Assembly (NCBI GenBank): GCA_038087875.1
Contig: CM075991.1
Coordinates: 4,464,001-4,528,000, forward strand
Source of the DNA: Malacoraja senta
Lineage: Eukaryota
Length of the DNA stretch: 64,000 bases
Reading direction: 5' to 3'
Each line of letters starts with the position of its first letter. The stretch's first letter is position 1. The translations under genes were made by a program, and so were the position numbers. The notes beneath the pieces were generated by a model. That model made no database searches. It had not been told where the DNA came from and worked only from the letters and a program-made list of their open reading frames with translations. This document shows, one piece after another, positions 51,203 through 64,000 of the stretch.

Positions 51203-51879
51203 ACCTGGTCAGTGAATGAATGAGAACAGTCAAAGTGAGAGAACATAGACAGAAGAGTGCAGGAGTTGTGAAATGCAGAGTAGGAAGACATGCCCAGCAG
51301 CTATGTCTAGGACTTAAATTGTGGACAATTTTGATTTCTCTGTCAAATCTTGGACTAATTGAATTTCCTGAGAGCCAGTGCGAACCCATAAAGACTTCCA
51401 TTTGCTGTACAGTAGCCTTACAAAAAAATTACATTAATTTAATATTGCAAAATTAAATATTGCAAACTGAAGTGATGTAAGATAAGCATTTTAGGTTAAC
51501 TGCACAGATATGCAGCTGGCCTACAGTGCTGCTGTTCAGCAGAGGAAGGCACTTCAGCAATTACTTACAGCGGTCAGAAAAGGGCTTGGTCAAAATAAAC
51601 ACCTGCTCAGAGGTTTTCCAGTTGAATATAGTAGATAGCTTTGGCTCCATCTGTGAAACAATCCACTTTTTTAATTAAACTGGGGAGAAACTTGTAGATG
51701 GAAGGATTGATACACCAAGTGAAAATAGAAGATTCAAGGGTGATTTATTTAATGGCTTTGAAAAAAAAAAAAATAAGGATTTGACAAGGTGGTTTCTCCA
51801 AATCTGCTCCGATAAAACAAGGGAATAAAGAATAAGGGAATATAAATCTTAAAATGTAGTACTTGCTATTCAGGTTCAA

Positions 51880-51963
51880 TCAAATAAAATCAAATAGAAC
51901 AAGTTGTCCTACAACTTTAGGCTGTGCACGCCATACGCAAGAAGAAGAAGAATTAGAAGAAGA
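51880..51963 (+). mobile_element. 5'-truncated copy of the same (AAG)n element with 8-bp TSD
   Basis: AGGTTCAA on both flanks. Confidence 0.8.
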
Positions 51964-52939
51964 AGGTTCAAAATTAGGAAGTATTTTACCTTAACGGAAA
52001 TCAGGAGGAATCTCACACAAAAATCATGGTGACTTAGACAAGCCTAAAATAGATTATTGTTGGATAAGTTTATCATGTGCTTCACAGCAAAGGAAAGAAA
52101 ACCGTCACTGACATTCAGAAAACATCCCAAATCCAATTGCCTGATAATTTATGGGGCTGACGGAGTTTTTTAAATGTATTCACCTATTAACAGAATGTAG
52201 GCAGTGCTCATTTTAATTCGCTTTTGAATTGGGTAAGGTGCTGGTCCATTCAGAGTTTAGATAACCACAGTTCTGTGGATCTGGAGTTACATATAGGCCA
52301 AACAGATAAGGTTTTCTTTTCCAGGCTTTTAAGTAAACGAGTTAAGTCTTCACACAAGTTTTAATAGTCACTATTACTTTTAATTACTTGATTCAACATT
52401 GAACAACCCTTGCAAGGGTAGCACCTTGAAGGCAGAAAGGCTTGAAGGCCATGTGATAGGGGATAAAATGGAGAGGTCTTTCAAAGATCCTGACTACAGG
52501 TGCTGTCAACGTGGAGTTTGCACGTTCTCCCTATGACCACATAGGTTTCCGTCCATATTCCAAAGACTTCCACGTTTTTATGTTAATTGGCTTTCGTAAA
52601 TTGCCTCAAGTGTATATATGATGCAAAACTGGGATTACATGGAACTAATGTACAGGCGAACATTGGTCTCTGCGGGCTGAAGGGCCTGTTTCCATGCTGT
52701 ATCTCTAAACTAATCTCAAATAGCAGGGATGTTCAGAATAGGGTTAAATGCTCTGCTCTAGCGCTGTGTAACTTTAATGCGATAGAAAAATGCAAGCTGG
52801 CAAGATTTACTGCTTTACACAAAATTTACTGCTCTTGCATTTCTTTAATGGAAAAAAAAAGCTAAGTGGCATCTGAGAAATATTTCATTAAAATATCAGG
52901 TTGACCTCATTTCTAAATGTTTTCCCTTCTTTGGTGTAG

Positions 52940-53050
52940 GGCTGGTTGCCCAAGTCTCTCATCAATCAAGTTCTCTGCCAAACCCAAGCAGACTTTGCTC
53001 AACATCTGCGCCAGCACATGGATTCCAAAGCTGCTGCAAGCACTTGCTGA
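52940..53050 (+). CDS. STAR: STAR exon 7 (stop)
   Basis: [36 protein letters not shown]. Joined CDS is 855 nt = 284 aa. Confidence 0.96.
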   Translation, partial: GWLPKSLINQVLCQTQADFAQHLRQHMDSKAAASTC

Positions 53051-54121
53051 ACCACACTGCATTCTCGAGAGGCGGAAGATCTCTCCCGTCTGATTGGAAC
53101 CTACTTTTGTGACTGCTTGGAATGAATATCCAAATATGAACATTCAAAGAAAGGATCCTTCATTTGTTGAAAATCTATAATATTTATGAGGTTCTAGTTG
53201 AATCAATGGTGTCCATAATTTATATTTCAGCCAAGGGAGTGGTATTATTGATGATTACAGTGCTCTCGTCAAAAAGAGGTTAGGTATTTATCAATATTAT
53301 ATCTCACAACCAGTAGCCATATAATGCTTAGGATCTTCTGTGTCATTCAATGAGATCAAGCCTGAATGTCTACTGTATTTCCCCTCCTGCCTTATCCCCA
53401 TACAGTTCCCCCGACGGTTCTCAAATAACATAGTCAAGAATCACAATCTTGAGCAAAGACATTTCTCAGCCATTTCTGCATAACAGGGGGCACTTTAGCC
53501 AAGGGATTACTCTTCAGGAATGTTATTTACTTCTCTTAAATGAGCCTTCATAAATCGCAAAGCTTCTATTCCATCCATTGATTAATTTCCCCATGAATCA
53601 CATCAGGCTTTCAGATCAAACTCCGATAAGATTGCACATCAGACGTTTCAAACTAACCAGGAAAGACTTTGGTTGCATGGGAGATGTGTTGTTGTCTCAA
53701 AGATACACGTCCCATCCTCCTGCTCACTCGTGTCGAGGCAAAATGCACTGAATGTTGTCATTTCTTTCACTTTCACCTTCAAGCAAACCTCGGCAGCAAA
53801 GTTGGGTGAGGCTCAGTGAGGTTTTTGTTGTAGCCAGACCTACCAATGTTCAGCTCACTGAAGCTGGTGCCTCACACCGCCTACACAAACTACTGTGGCT
53901 CAATACATGAGGAGAACAAAATGTTCTGGGGGTTGGAATTCTTGTGGGATCAACTGCAAGGAACCAGGGCAGTTAGCCCAACTGGACTATATCACTATTT
54001 ATACAGATATCTTCTTACTTTATAGTATCCCACCTTCCGAACTCAATGTTTATGGTTTATTCCAAGCCTGCACTTGAGATATGCATGAGGATTTTTGATA
54101 AGTGATCACTGGCTGTGAAAA

Positions 54122-54333
54122 CGCTGGAGAAACTCAGCGGGTGAGGCAGCATCTAGGGAGTGGAGGAAAGAGGCGACGTTTTGGGTCGAGACCCTTCTTC
54201 AGACTGAGGAAGGGTCTCGACCCAAAACGTCGCCTATTTCCTTCGCTCCCCAGATGCCACCTCACCCACTGAGTTTCTCCAGCCTTTTTGTCTACCTTCG
54301 ATTTTCCAGCATCTGCAATTCCTTCTTAAACAA
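54122..54333. mobile_element. Penelope-derived hairpin element in the STAR 3'UTR region with a 12-bp TSD
   Basis: TSD TGGCTGTGAAAA at 54110-21 and 54334-45; inverted arms centred on cttcagactgagg. Confidence 0.85.
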
Positions 54334-54470
54334 TGGCTGTGAAAAGGTCAGGTTACTCCACCAGAAACACTTCCTTGCAGCGCAATGCAGTGTCTAGGTT
54401 TGCACTATATGCACAAATGAATTCCAGTTCTTGTATTTAAAAATGTTATTGCATAGCACAATTAATGTGG

Positions 54471-54554
54471 TTATTTATTAATTTTGAAATTATTTAGTAA
54501 AAGGTCTGCAGAAAAATGCTGCAGGTGGATTTTTATTTATTATATTTAAATAAA
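54471..54554 (+). promoter_or_regulatory. STAR: STAR 3'UTR AU-rich elements and candidate poly(A) signal
   Basis: TTATTTATT at 54471-79 and 54533-41; AATAAA at 54549-54. Confidence 0.55.
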
Positions 54555-54669
54555 TGTTAACTTCTAGCACCAAGTTGGACATTTCTTCTCAAGCATTGCA
54601 AAGATGCATTTAACATGATACAATAATAGTCTTGACAACATTACTGCTATGTTGTTAAGGGAGTTAGGT

Positions 54670-55406
54670 TAGGTAAGGGGGAGGTACAGCGAGACCTGGA
54701 TGTCCTTGTACACCGGTCACTGAAAGTTGGCGTGCAGGTACAGCAGGCAGTGAAGAAAGCTAATGGAATGTTGGCCTTCATAACAAGAGGATTTCAGTAT
54801 AGGAATAGAGAGGTTCTTCTGCAGTTGTATAGGGCTCTGGTAAGACCACATCTGGAGTATTGTGTACAGTTTTGGTCGCCTAATTTGAGGAGGGACATCC
54901 TTGTGATTGAGGCAGTTCAGTGTAGGTTCACGAGATTGATCCCTGGGATGGCGGGAGTATCATGATGAAAGATTGAAAAGACTAGGCTTGTATTCACTGG
55001 AGTTTAGAAGGATGAGGGGGATCTTATAGAAACATATAAAATTATAAAAGGACTGGACAAGCTAGATGCAGGAAAAATGTTCCATATGTTGGGCGAGTCC
55101 ACAACCAGGGGCCACAGTCTTAGAATAAAGGGGAGGCCATTTAAGACTGAGGTAAGAAAAAACTTTTTCACCCAGAGAGTTGTGAATTTGTGGAATTCCC
55201 TACCAGAGGGCAGTGGAGGCCAAATCACTGGATGGATTTAAGAGAGAGTTAGATAGAGCTCTAGGGGCTAGTGGAGTCAAGGGATATGGGGAGAAGGCAG
55301 GCACGGGTTATTGATTGGGGACGATCAGCTATGATCACAATGAATGGCAGTGCTGGCTCGAAGGGCCGAATGGCCTCCTCCTGCACCTATTTTCTATGTT
55401 TCTATG
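54670..55406 (+). mobile_element. CR1 3' fragment between STAR and ASH2L
   Basis: ORF 54732-54965 QVQQAVKKANGMLAFI...YCVQFWSP. Confidence 0.92.
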
Positions 55407-55914
55407 TGTGGGCGGGGGGGACAGGTGGTCATTGTAGAGACCTGCAAGATTGGGTGGGGTACAAGATGATGAAAGGGCAGGTTTAAATATGTCAAAAGCA
55501 TATCGACCACATCTTCCCACCAATATTCAAGGTGGTCATGACACTACACAAGATGGTGTACACATTGGATTAATATCAAACAGATATCATCATTTGCCCC
55601 CTGGAACCTGTATAGACTTATAACAGTCTGTTCCCCTAATCAAGATCTTCACCGCTTCTGACACCCTAGCTAAGAGCTTGGACATTCGAGAGCTCACTTG
55701 AACATCACAACAATTCTCCTGTACTGTTTAGCACGCAACAATAGTTTGTCACTGTTCCTCGGTACACGTGACAATAAACTAAACTATACATTAATGTGCT
55801 CTCTATCTGAATGATTATGGTGAAAACATATTTTGAGTCCATTAATAAATGTGAGGTGAAGTGTCTCCAAATATCCACAGAAAAGCACTCCACGGACTGA
55901 AAATACAGGTCAGA

Positions 55915-55920
55915 TTTATT
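55915..55920 (-). terminator. ASH2L: Candidate ASH2L poly(A) signal
   Basis: AATAAA on the minus strand about 1.65 kb past the stop. Confidence 0.45.
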
Positions 55921-56646
55921 TACAATTAAAATACACAATGTAAAACACAACAGCACTGGAATCTGAGCATTCACACTTAGTTGCCTTCTTTGAGTCAATA
56001 CATGTTACCAATTTCTCTGCACCAACATTAACTCCAACCCGCTGATATTCCCCAAATCTCTTAGTACAACACTAGAATGAGTTGTGGTACCGGGAATGAA
56101 TGGACAGACAAACCAGAAAATAAGCTGCAAGTAAATTTGACGAATGGCATGTTAACAAATCCAATTCCAACCACGAGTCACATCAGAATTGTTTATTATA
56201 GCCGAAAATTGAAGTTATTTTTCTCCAAACATGAAATGAAATGAAAAGGAATGAATCCTCAAATATCAATCGATAGTCCAATTTGAAAGCTTGTGTCGTC
56301 TTTTATCACTGAGCATAAATTTAGGTTGAAGTTGGGGGGAAGTTGTGATATTAGAAGCTGAAAATATTACTGGAAAGAGGCAAAACTAAAGTTCAATCTA
56401 TGAATCAATGACTAAAATTAGAAATTGTTGGCATTTTTTAAATAATCGGACAGTGAGGCCAAAGTGAACAAAGCTTACAACCAAAATTGAGAAACCGTGT
56501 GCTATAACCTCAAAGCCCAAATATATAAAGATCAATTTTATCATTACAGATTAATGACATCCACATACCAGGCTACATTTTGGTGTACAAAGTTTAGCGA
56601 TGCTATCTCTCTGTGAACCCATTATTCCCGAACAGTTCCCAGACAT

Positions 56647-56962
56647 TTAGTTTTAGTTTAGTTTAGAGATACAGCATGGAAACGGGCCATTCGGCCCATC
56701 GAGTCCACGCCGATCAGCGATCCCCGCACATTAACGCTACCCTACACACAATAGGGACAATTTCACATTGATATCAAGCCAATTAACCTACAAACCTGTA
56801 CGTCTTTGGCATGTGGGAGGGAACCAAAGATCTAGGAGAAAACCCAAGCAGGTCACGGGAAGAACGTACAAACTCGGTATAGACAGCACCCGTTGTCAGG
56901 ATCGAATCCGGGTCACTGGCGCTGTAAGGCAGTACCTCTACCGCTGCACCACCGTGCTGCCC
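56647..56962 (-). mobile_element. HE1-like V-SINE in the ASH2L 3'UTR region
   Basis: Head, V-domain and tail all present. Confidence 0.85.
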
Positions 56963-57564
56963 TTTTTTATAACTCACAGGGCAAAGCTACGTTCTGCACC
57001 ATGGGATCCAATCTCACTAAATATTGTGTGGCCTTTCTTCGTTTCTTTACTTTGGGTCGGTACTGAACTAAAGTTTTGCGGTTGATGGTTAGGATCCCAT
57101 GAAGCAGCAGCTTCTGCAGGTTAAATAGCAACGTTGTTGAACCAAAATACACAAACGTAGGACTCATTGAACTTGAGGATATGCCACCATTTCTATTGTT
57201 ACATGGAGTGGGAGATTCCATCTCAATATAAAAGAAATGCATCGTAAGGAAGCAACCAGGTAAGCAGATGATGCACTGGGTTATTGAGGGGGGAAAGGAG
57301 CTTATCAACAGGTATGGAATTGATAACTGTGGACCTTACAACTTACATATGTCTGGAGAGCATTGACATCAGGGAGGATGGTAAATGTTAACACTGGGAC
57401 CAGCTCAGCTAAATCCACACACACTGAAACTGTTCTGAATTTTACCATTGATGTACGATCCAAATACGATAGCTCATAGCTGATGAGCCACTTCTATTCA
57501 CCAGCTGAGCAGCACATCATTAAATAATTCTTAAGTCTGAGGATTTTCCTTCTCGACACGAGAG

Positions 57565-57672
57565 TTATGGCTCCCACGGAGGGCTTCTTCTGCCGTCTAC
57601 TTCTCCTTCAGCGTGGTAAAGTACATCCGCCAGTGTGTGCTCAACCACAGCATACCAGCCCATGTCACTGAT
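57565..57672 (-). CDS. ASH2L: ASH2L last coding exon (DPY30-binding C-terminus)
   Basis: [35 protein letters not shown]. Confidence 0.96.
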   Translation of the reverse strand: MSDMGWYAVVEHTLADVLYHAEGEVDGRRSPPWEP

Positions 57673-58844
57673 CTGCAAAACAAGTAGAGGCAAGTCAGGA
57701 CAAGGCAAGCTCCTGAAAATGCTGCTCCCTTCAAGCAATGCGATACTTTAATGTGTAAAAACATTTGTGTATGAAATCATGAGGGGAATATATAGCATGA
57801 ATACAGTCTTTTACCCCGGGCTAGGGGGATCTCAACCCAGGGAACACATTTAAGGCGAGAGGGGAAAGATTTAATCAGAACCTGAAGAGCAACTTTTTCC
57901 ACATTACTGTTAAACACAAAGCACTTGTGCTCTGTAGTTTAATAGTAAATTCAATCCCCAAAGAGAATGGTGGGTATGTGGAACGAGCTGAAAGGAGGTA
58001 GATGGGGCAGGTACTATAACAACATTTAAAAACATTTGGACAAGTACATGGATAGCAAATGTTTAGAGGAATATAGACCAAATGTGGGCAGGTGGGACTA
58101 GTGGAGATGGGGCATCTTGGTTGACATGGACAAGTTGGGTCGAAGCGCCTGTTAAAATGCAGCATGACTATAATAGAGTAAAAAGGCAGAAAACAAATGA
58201 TATTAGTTCTGTAAACCTAAAATTGATTCAACAAAACTCATGGAGGTCAACCAGATGGCAAACTTGTATCTCCTGCATCACTGGAAATAAAGTTTTCACA
58301 ATGGATAACATGCATCTGCCATAGCTGCCAACCCAAAATTTGTTTCAATCCATTAGGACAGTGCAAGGAGTGATTGCATTTCTCAAAGTCATCAGTAACC
58401 AAATAACAAAGGGAAAAGTCAAGGCATATCTAAAGACAAAGCACGATTCCAATTCCTATTTTAAATGGGCCAGCACTGGCATGATGGACCAAATGGCCAT
58501 CCTCCATGCTGCGAGTTTATTTGTTTTTTATAAATGGCACAAGTCTGGTGAAGAATGGTTTCCAGTTACTCAGCATCTTGCAGGACCTTTCAACCTCAAT
58601 TTCTGATGTGTCACCATTGGAAATAGCACCAACCTAATATCACCTATCTTAAAAAAAATGTTTTACGCTTGAAATCCAAAACCCTCCCATCAAATTCTCC
58701 AAAACACAGGCAAATCAGTAAGGGCAAGAAGTGTTGTCAAGAGCGCGGAGCTCAACGCAAGAACGCTGCCAATCACCAACGTGCATATCTATTTCTAAAA
58801 CATTTAATGAACAACATAATCAAGAATTTATTTGCATAACTTAC

Positions 58845-58904
58845 TGGTTTGAATGGAATGTCTTTGGGAGGATACTTGAAATTCGGTCCAAAGTTGATTG
58901 ATAC
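58845..58904 (-). CDS. ASH2L: ASH2L exon
   Basis: 60 nt; VSINFGPNFKYPPKDIPFKP. Confidence 0.95.
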
Positions 58905-59640
58905 CTAAAGAGACCATTGGAACATAAATTACATGCCTCATTTTAAATGTTTGGGGATTAGTCAACATTGATTCAAATCATAAATATCATATGCAAAATT
59001 CCATTTCATTCTCTCAGATGCACTTGTTACTCTAATAATACTCTAATTATTAATCAAATTAAGGTCAGAGAATAAAAATTAACCTGCAGATAAAAGGATC
59101 CATCGTCAAAGACCCATTGAATCCATCTTGTTTTTATTTTTTAACTATGTAAATGGTCCCCACTACCACCACCAGCCTTACCTTAGTCCCGCTACCTCTT
59201 ACAATGTTAAAACTGCACGCATGACAGGCACCAAAAGTAGGTGTCCACCAGTAACTCAGCTTTGGGGCGTATCCACCTTCACTGAAATTAAGAAAGGGGC
59301 TCCTCTGTGATGCTGACAATCACTGGCATTCTGAAATTGTATCACATGTTCTTTCTTGGCTTTCAGTCCAGGTGTACCAAAGGACCCATTAAATCCAATA
59401 CACTCAGCCAAGATATTCCATGGTGTTAAGCAGTGAGACAGAGACTTCTTAGGTTTAATTTACCAATTGATGACTTGGGAGTTTTTTTGGTCATCCTGAC
59501 AGAATTCAAATGTTTTTCCATCGATTCATTCACAGCCGAGAAGATTTTATTCTCAACCCGACCTGCCCTGGAGAAAAGTGAGGACCACCTTGTGCTGCTA
59601 CAGTCCTCGTGGACAGAGAGATACTGAACATTATAGACTT

Positions 59641-59948
59641 GCATGGTGGCGCAGCTGTAGTGTTGCTGCCCTTCAATATAAGAAACCCGGTTCAATCCTG
59701 ACTGCGGGTGCTGTCTGTACGGAGTTTGTACATTCTCCCCGTGACCACGAGGATTCCCCCCCCGGATGCTCCAGTTTCCTCCCACACTCCAAAGATGTAC
59801 AGGTTTGCAGGATAACTTGGCTTGAGTAAAATTAGTAAATTGTCCCTAGTGTGTAGGATAGTGTTAGTTTATGGGGATCGCTGGTCGGCGCGGACTCAGT
59901 TAGCCGAATGGCCTGTTTTCACACTATCTCTAAACACTGAACTAAACT
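59641..59948 (+). mobile_element. HE1-like V-SINE
   Basis: Head, V-domain and tail all present. Confidence 0.85.
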
Positions 59949-60026
59949 CTATGGATGATATATTAATAAGATCTTACCACAAATCCCTCATTTAACCTTG
60001 TCTATAAAGTACACTAACATACTTAC

Positions 60027-60125
60027 TGTGCAGTTCTTGTACAAAGAAATTGCAGGATGATATACACCAGCATACACCTCTTCAAAGGCGGTCCCTTCAT
60101 TCTCCCCATTCTTGTAAAATATCAT
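60027..60125 (-). CDS. ASH2L: ASH2L exon
   Basis: 99 nt; [33 protein letters not shown]. Confidence 0.95.
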
Positions 60126-60672
60126 CTGATCAAAACAAAATATGCGTCGTGATTCATCCAAGACAAATATCACAAATCCAATCCAAAGGACTCTAAGTTT
60201 GAACTGAAACGACATGCTAAAGACAGTTCTTCCCATGTGCTGTTTTACCACCTTGATTACTCCCTCGTATCTGGAACAGGACTGAGAGACACAACCTTCA
60301 CATACCAAAGTCAGAACTTCACCTCCAGTTAGAGCTGATTCTCACTGCTGATCAAAGGTAGTCAACTCCAACTCTGGCCTGGCATCCGCCATTTCAAGTT
60401 GGCCTGAACACAACACGAAATTGCAACTGTCGGCCTATTATGAAGTGCATGTCATTTTGCTTTCTGCAGGACAAGACGAGAGAATCCCCATACAATATTG
60501 CCCACGAAGGGATTGTGTGGCCAGCTCAGCCTCACCACTCCAGGCTCTTGAGGCATGTGGCAGAATCTCGAAACCATTGTGGAAGGAAAGGGGCAGAGAG
60601 AACCACAAGCATAGGCAGTTGTGAGATGACAGCAAGTTAGGAGCGAGACGTGTGAAACGCGGAAGATCTCAC

Positions 60673-60765
60673 CTTACTACCGGCTGCTGGTTTGAGACTC
60701 TTCTCGGCTTTGTCCACAAAATCTTTCTCCTCAAAGTACAAGTAGCTCTTGAATTTAATCAGGGC
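60673..60765 (-). CDS. ASH2L: ASH2L exon
   Basis: 93 nt; [31 protein letters not shown]. Confidence 0.96.
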
Positions 60766-61444
60766 CTGCATTGAATGGAAAATTGGAGTAATAGGTGCAG
60801 CAAGTTCTATTAACTTCAAGATTTTATGTGCCAAAGGTTTCAAAACAAGCACTTTAAAGTGTCGTCATAAATCAGGCAGTATATTTGACCACAGCGATGT
60901 TACCTATAAACTATATTTTAATCCGCCAGCTTCAATTAATTAAATAATATTCAGCTACATTCCACTTGCACAATGTCAGATTGCCCCACAAGGAAATAAA
61001 GTTGACTTCAACTGCTTTTTCCAGCCCCATTGCATAACCCTCAATTTATCTATAGCGTAAAATCTTTCAGCCTTGAATATGTAGGGATTCAGTGTCCACA
61101 GCTCAGTAAAAAATTACAAAGACTCACCATCCACAGAGGTTGTTGAATCTTAAAAGTCATGAGAGTATAGGAGGCCACCATTCAGTCCACTGACCTTATG
61201 CTGGCTCAATAGAGGAATCCAGCCAGTCCCATTCTCCTGCTTAACCCTATAAATCTTCTGAGGTTACATAGTTCAGTACAGCACGGGATCAAGCCCTTCG
61301 GCCCACAATGTCTGTGCCGAACATGATGCCAGGTTGAACTAATTTCCTCTGCCTGCACGCACTCCATATCCCTCTAATCCCTGGTTGTTTAATGTAGTGA
61401 GGTGCAACATCCAATATAGAGCAAGCTCAAAACCCTGTAATCTG

Positions 61445-61660
61445 TTAATGACCAGATGAATTTTCTTTAATAAAAAAAGCAATGTGGGCTAAGGGACCAG
61501 TGCTGGCCAGGGTGACTGCAACGCTCCAATGCTTTTTCTTCAAAGTAGTGCCACAAGGTTTGTTTCATCTCCTTTGAGTGAGCAGATGGGACCTTAGATT
61601 TTTAAAAAAACATTTCATCAGCAAGCCTGCACTTCTGACGATGCAGCATTCCCTCAAACC
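61445..61660 (-). mobile_element. Old DeuSINE (SacSINE1/AmnSINE-like) remnant
   Basis: Resembles the recalled Deu-domain consensus (aatgaccagat...tggccagg...cttcaaagtagtgcca...tgcagcattccctca); highly diverged. Confidence 0.5.
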
Positions 61661-61898
61661 AATAACTTGCAAGATGATTTTGAACAGCCCATTGCTGCTA
61701 CCTTCTGGCTGATTCAAATCGGCATGGTCCTGTGGAGTCTCCGCTTCCTACACTTCTTACCCTAATATTGACCACAATGCCTAATTTAAATTAATGAGAA
61801 TATCAAGTAAAAAGCAAGGTGTGTGGGGGTGGGGGGGGAGGCAGAAGAGTTAAATTGGTTAATACTTCAATCCATTCGTTAAAAACTGTGCAATTTAC

Positions 61899-62092
61899 CT
61901 TGTCTTTGTAAGTGTCTGGCAGTGCCCGGGCAGCCTCTGTGTCCTCAGGCAGGTAGAGGTAAAACCCAAGAACATCTCCTTGGCCATAGCCTTCAGAAAA
62001 GTGTCTGCCTATTGACTGGTGGAACTTGGTCCCCTTCTTACTGCGCCAAGAGTAACTGAACTTATCGTAGCCCAAAGGAGCCTGCAGATTGC
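61899..62092 (-). CDS. ASH2L: ASH2L exon
   Basis: 194 nt; [65 protein letters not shown]. Confidence 0.96.
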
Positions 62093-63036
62093 CTGGAAAT
62101 ATCAAAGTTTGAACAAGTTATAGTTTGTGAACCTCTGCCTCTTCATAGAAGATCGAATAGTACAGCATAACAACAGGCCTTTCAGCCCACAATGTCTGTG
62201 CTGAACCTGATGCCAAGAGCATCTCTTATCTACCTGCACGTAATTCATATCCCTCCATTCCCTGCATATCCATACGGCCAAGTCATTGTTAATCCGTGCA
62301 TCTTAATCTTCTGGATCAGCCTACCATGGGGACTTTATCAAATGTCTTATTAAAATAACACATTTTGTCAAAGTCTTAAACTCCTCAAATTTTGCTTTTG
62401 CTATAACAGTCCAGGACTTTGAAATAGAAATTTGGCCATTCATTTTATCCCAGATTATGCAGTTCCAAAATCTGAAGTTTGGTCCAAACACAATCATTTA
62501 ATTTACTTGTTTAAGAAAGAACTGCAGATGCGAAGAAGAGTCTCGACCTGAAACGTCACCAATTCCTTCGCTCCATAGATGCTGCCTCACCCGCTGAGTT
62601 TCTCCAGCACCTTTGTCTACATTTAATTTACTTCATAACTTTGCATTTAAAATTGTCCAATCGCTTCTCTTCCCCTTCTTGAGAATGTACTTTTTTTGAC
62701 CATTTCTTTGTACTTAATGACACAACTCCTGAAAAACATCTTGACTCTTTTTATTTATTATAAGGCACTAAATGAAGGAAATTAAACACTGTGGTTTTAT
62801 GATTTTGCTAGATTTTATCATTTATCTAGATTTCCTATAGCATAACCTGTTGAGCCTTCACCAGGAAACAGATGTTACAAAAATGACACATTTTGTTAAA
62901 GCAATAACAATTGCCAAATAAAGGCTGCTCCAAAACAATGTTTTACATACATTTTACAGTAAGAGGCCATATCTTGACATTCCACTGAGCAAAAAAAGCA
63001 ACTAACTCTCAGATTATCAAACCAGAAGCCCACGTT

Positions 63037-63320
63037 CATAGAAACATAGAAAATAGGTGCAGGAGCAGGCCATTCGGCCCTTCGAGCCAGCACCGCCATT
63101 CATTGTGATCATGGCTGATCATCCCCTATCAATAACCCGTGCCTGCCTTCTCCCCATATCCCTTGACTCCACTAGCCCCTAGAGATCTATCTAACTCTCT
63201 CTTAAATCCATCCAGTGACTTGGCCTCCATTGCCCTCTGTGGCAGGGAATTCCATAAATTCACAACTCTCTGGGTGAAAAAGTTTTTTCTCACCTCAGTC
63301 TTCAATGACCTACCCTTTAT
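63037..63320 (-). mobile_element. CR1 3' fragment
   Basis: Same subfamily as the 38899 and 54670 copies. Confidence 0.88.
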
Positions 63321-63714
63321 TCAAGCATACCACATCTCAGTTGCATTACTCCCAATCATTGCCAATGTGTACTTGCTTTATTTTACTCAGCGGGTCAGGC
63401 AGCATCTCTGAAGAAAAAGATCAGGTGATGTTTTGGGTCAGAATTCTTCTTCTGACTGGAAACGTCACCCATCCTTTTTCTCCAGAGATGCTGCCTGACC
63501 TGCTGAGTTACTCCAGCACTTTGTGTCTACGATATAAGCCAACATCTGCGGCTCCTTCCGAAATATTTTGGCTGTTCTATTTTACTGAGTCACTGTTGCT
63601 TCAGCCCTTTTACCACTTAAATTTGTTCCGAGTCTGTGCTGAACACCCAACTGAAATAGGATCAACCCCCCCCGTAGATATTTCCCTTGTTTCACCCTCT
63701 CTCCTGGGTTTTCA

Positions 63715-63999
<285 letters not shown>

Positions 64000-64000
64000 A

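Overview
Eukaryotic genomic DNA from a cartilaginous fish. Skate/ray is inferred from the HE1-type V-SINE/CR1/Penelope repeat landscape. Four spliced genes were reconstructed by hand from splice sites, exon phases and remembered vertebrate protein homology: (1) the last three coding exons of DDHD2 (+, with apparent indels); (2) a complete 7-exon PLPP5 (-, 265 aa, all three phosphatase motifs intact); (3) a complete 7-exon STAR (+, 284 aa, GC-AG last intron, TATA/CRE/C-EBP/SF-1-like promoter, AU-rich 3'UTR); (4) the last six coding exons of ASH2L (-). The rest is dense repeat: CR1 LINE 3' ends, tRNA-derived V-SINEs, Rex1/Babar and L1 fragments, about 30 Penelope-derived inverted-repeat elements bearing minimal hammerhead-ribozyme-like cores, PIF/Harbinger-type MITEs nested in other repeats, and an unclassified (AAG)n-tailed retroposon. 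A 200-N gap lies at 30711-30910. Most ORFs in the supplied track are spurious or TE-derived. No database search was run; repeat boundaries are approximate.
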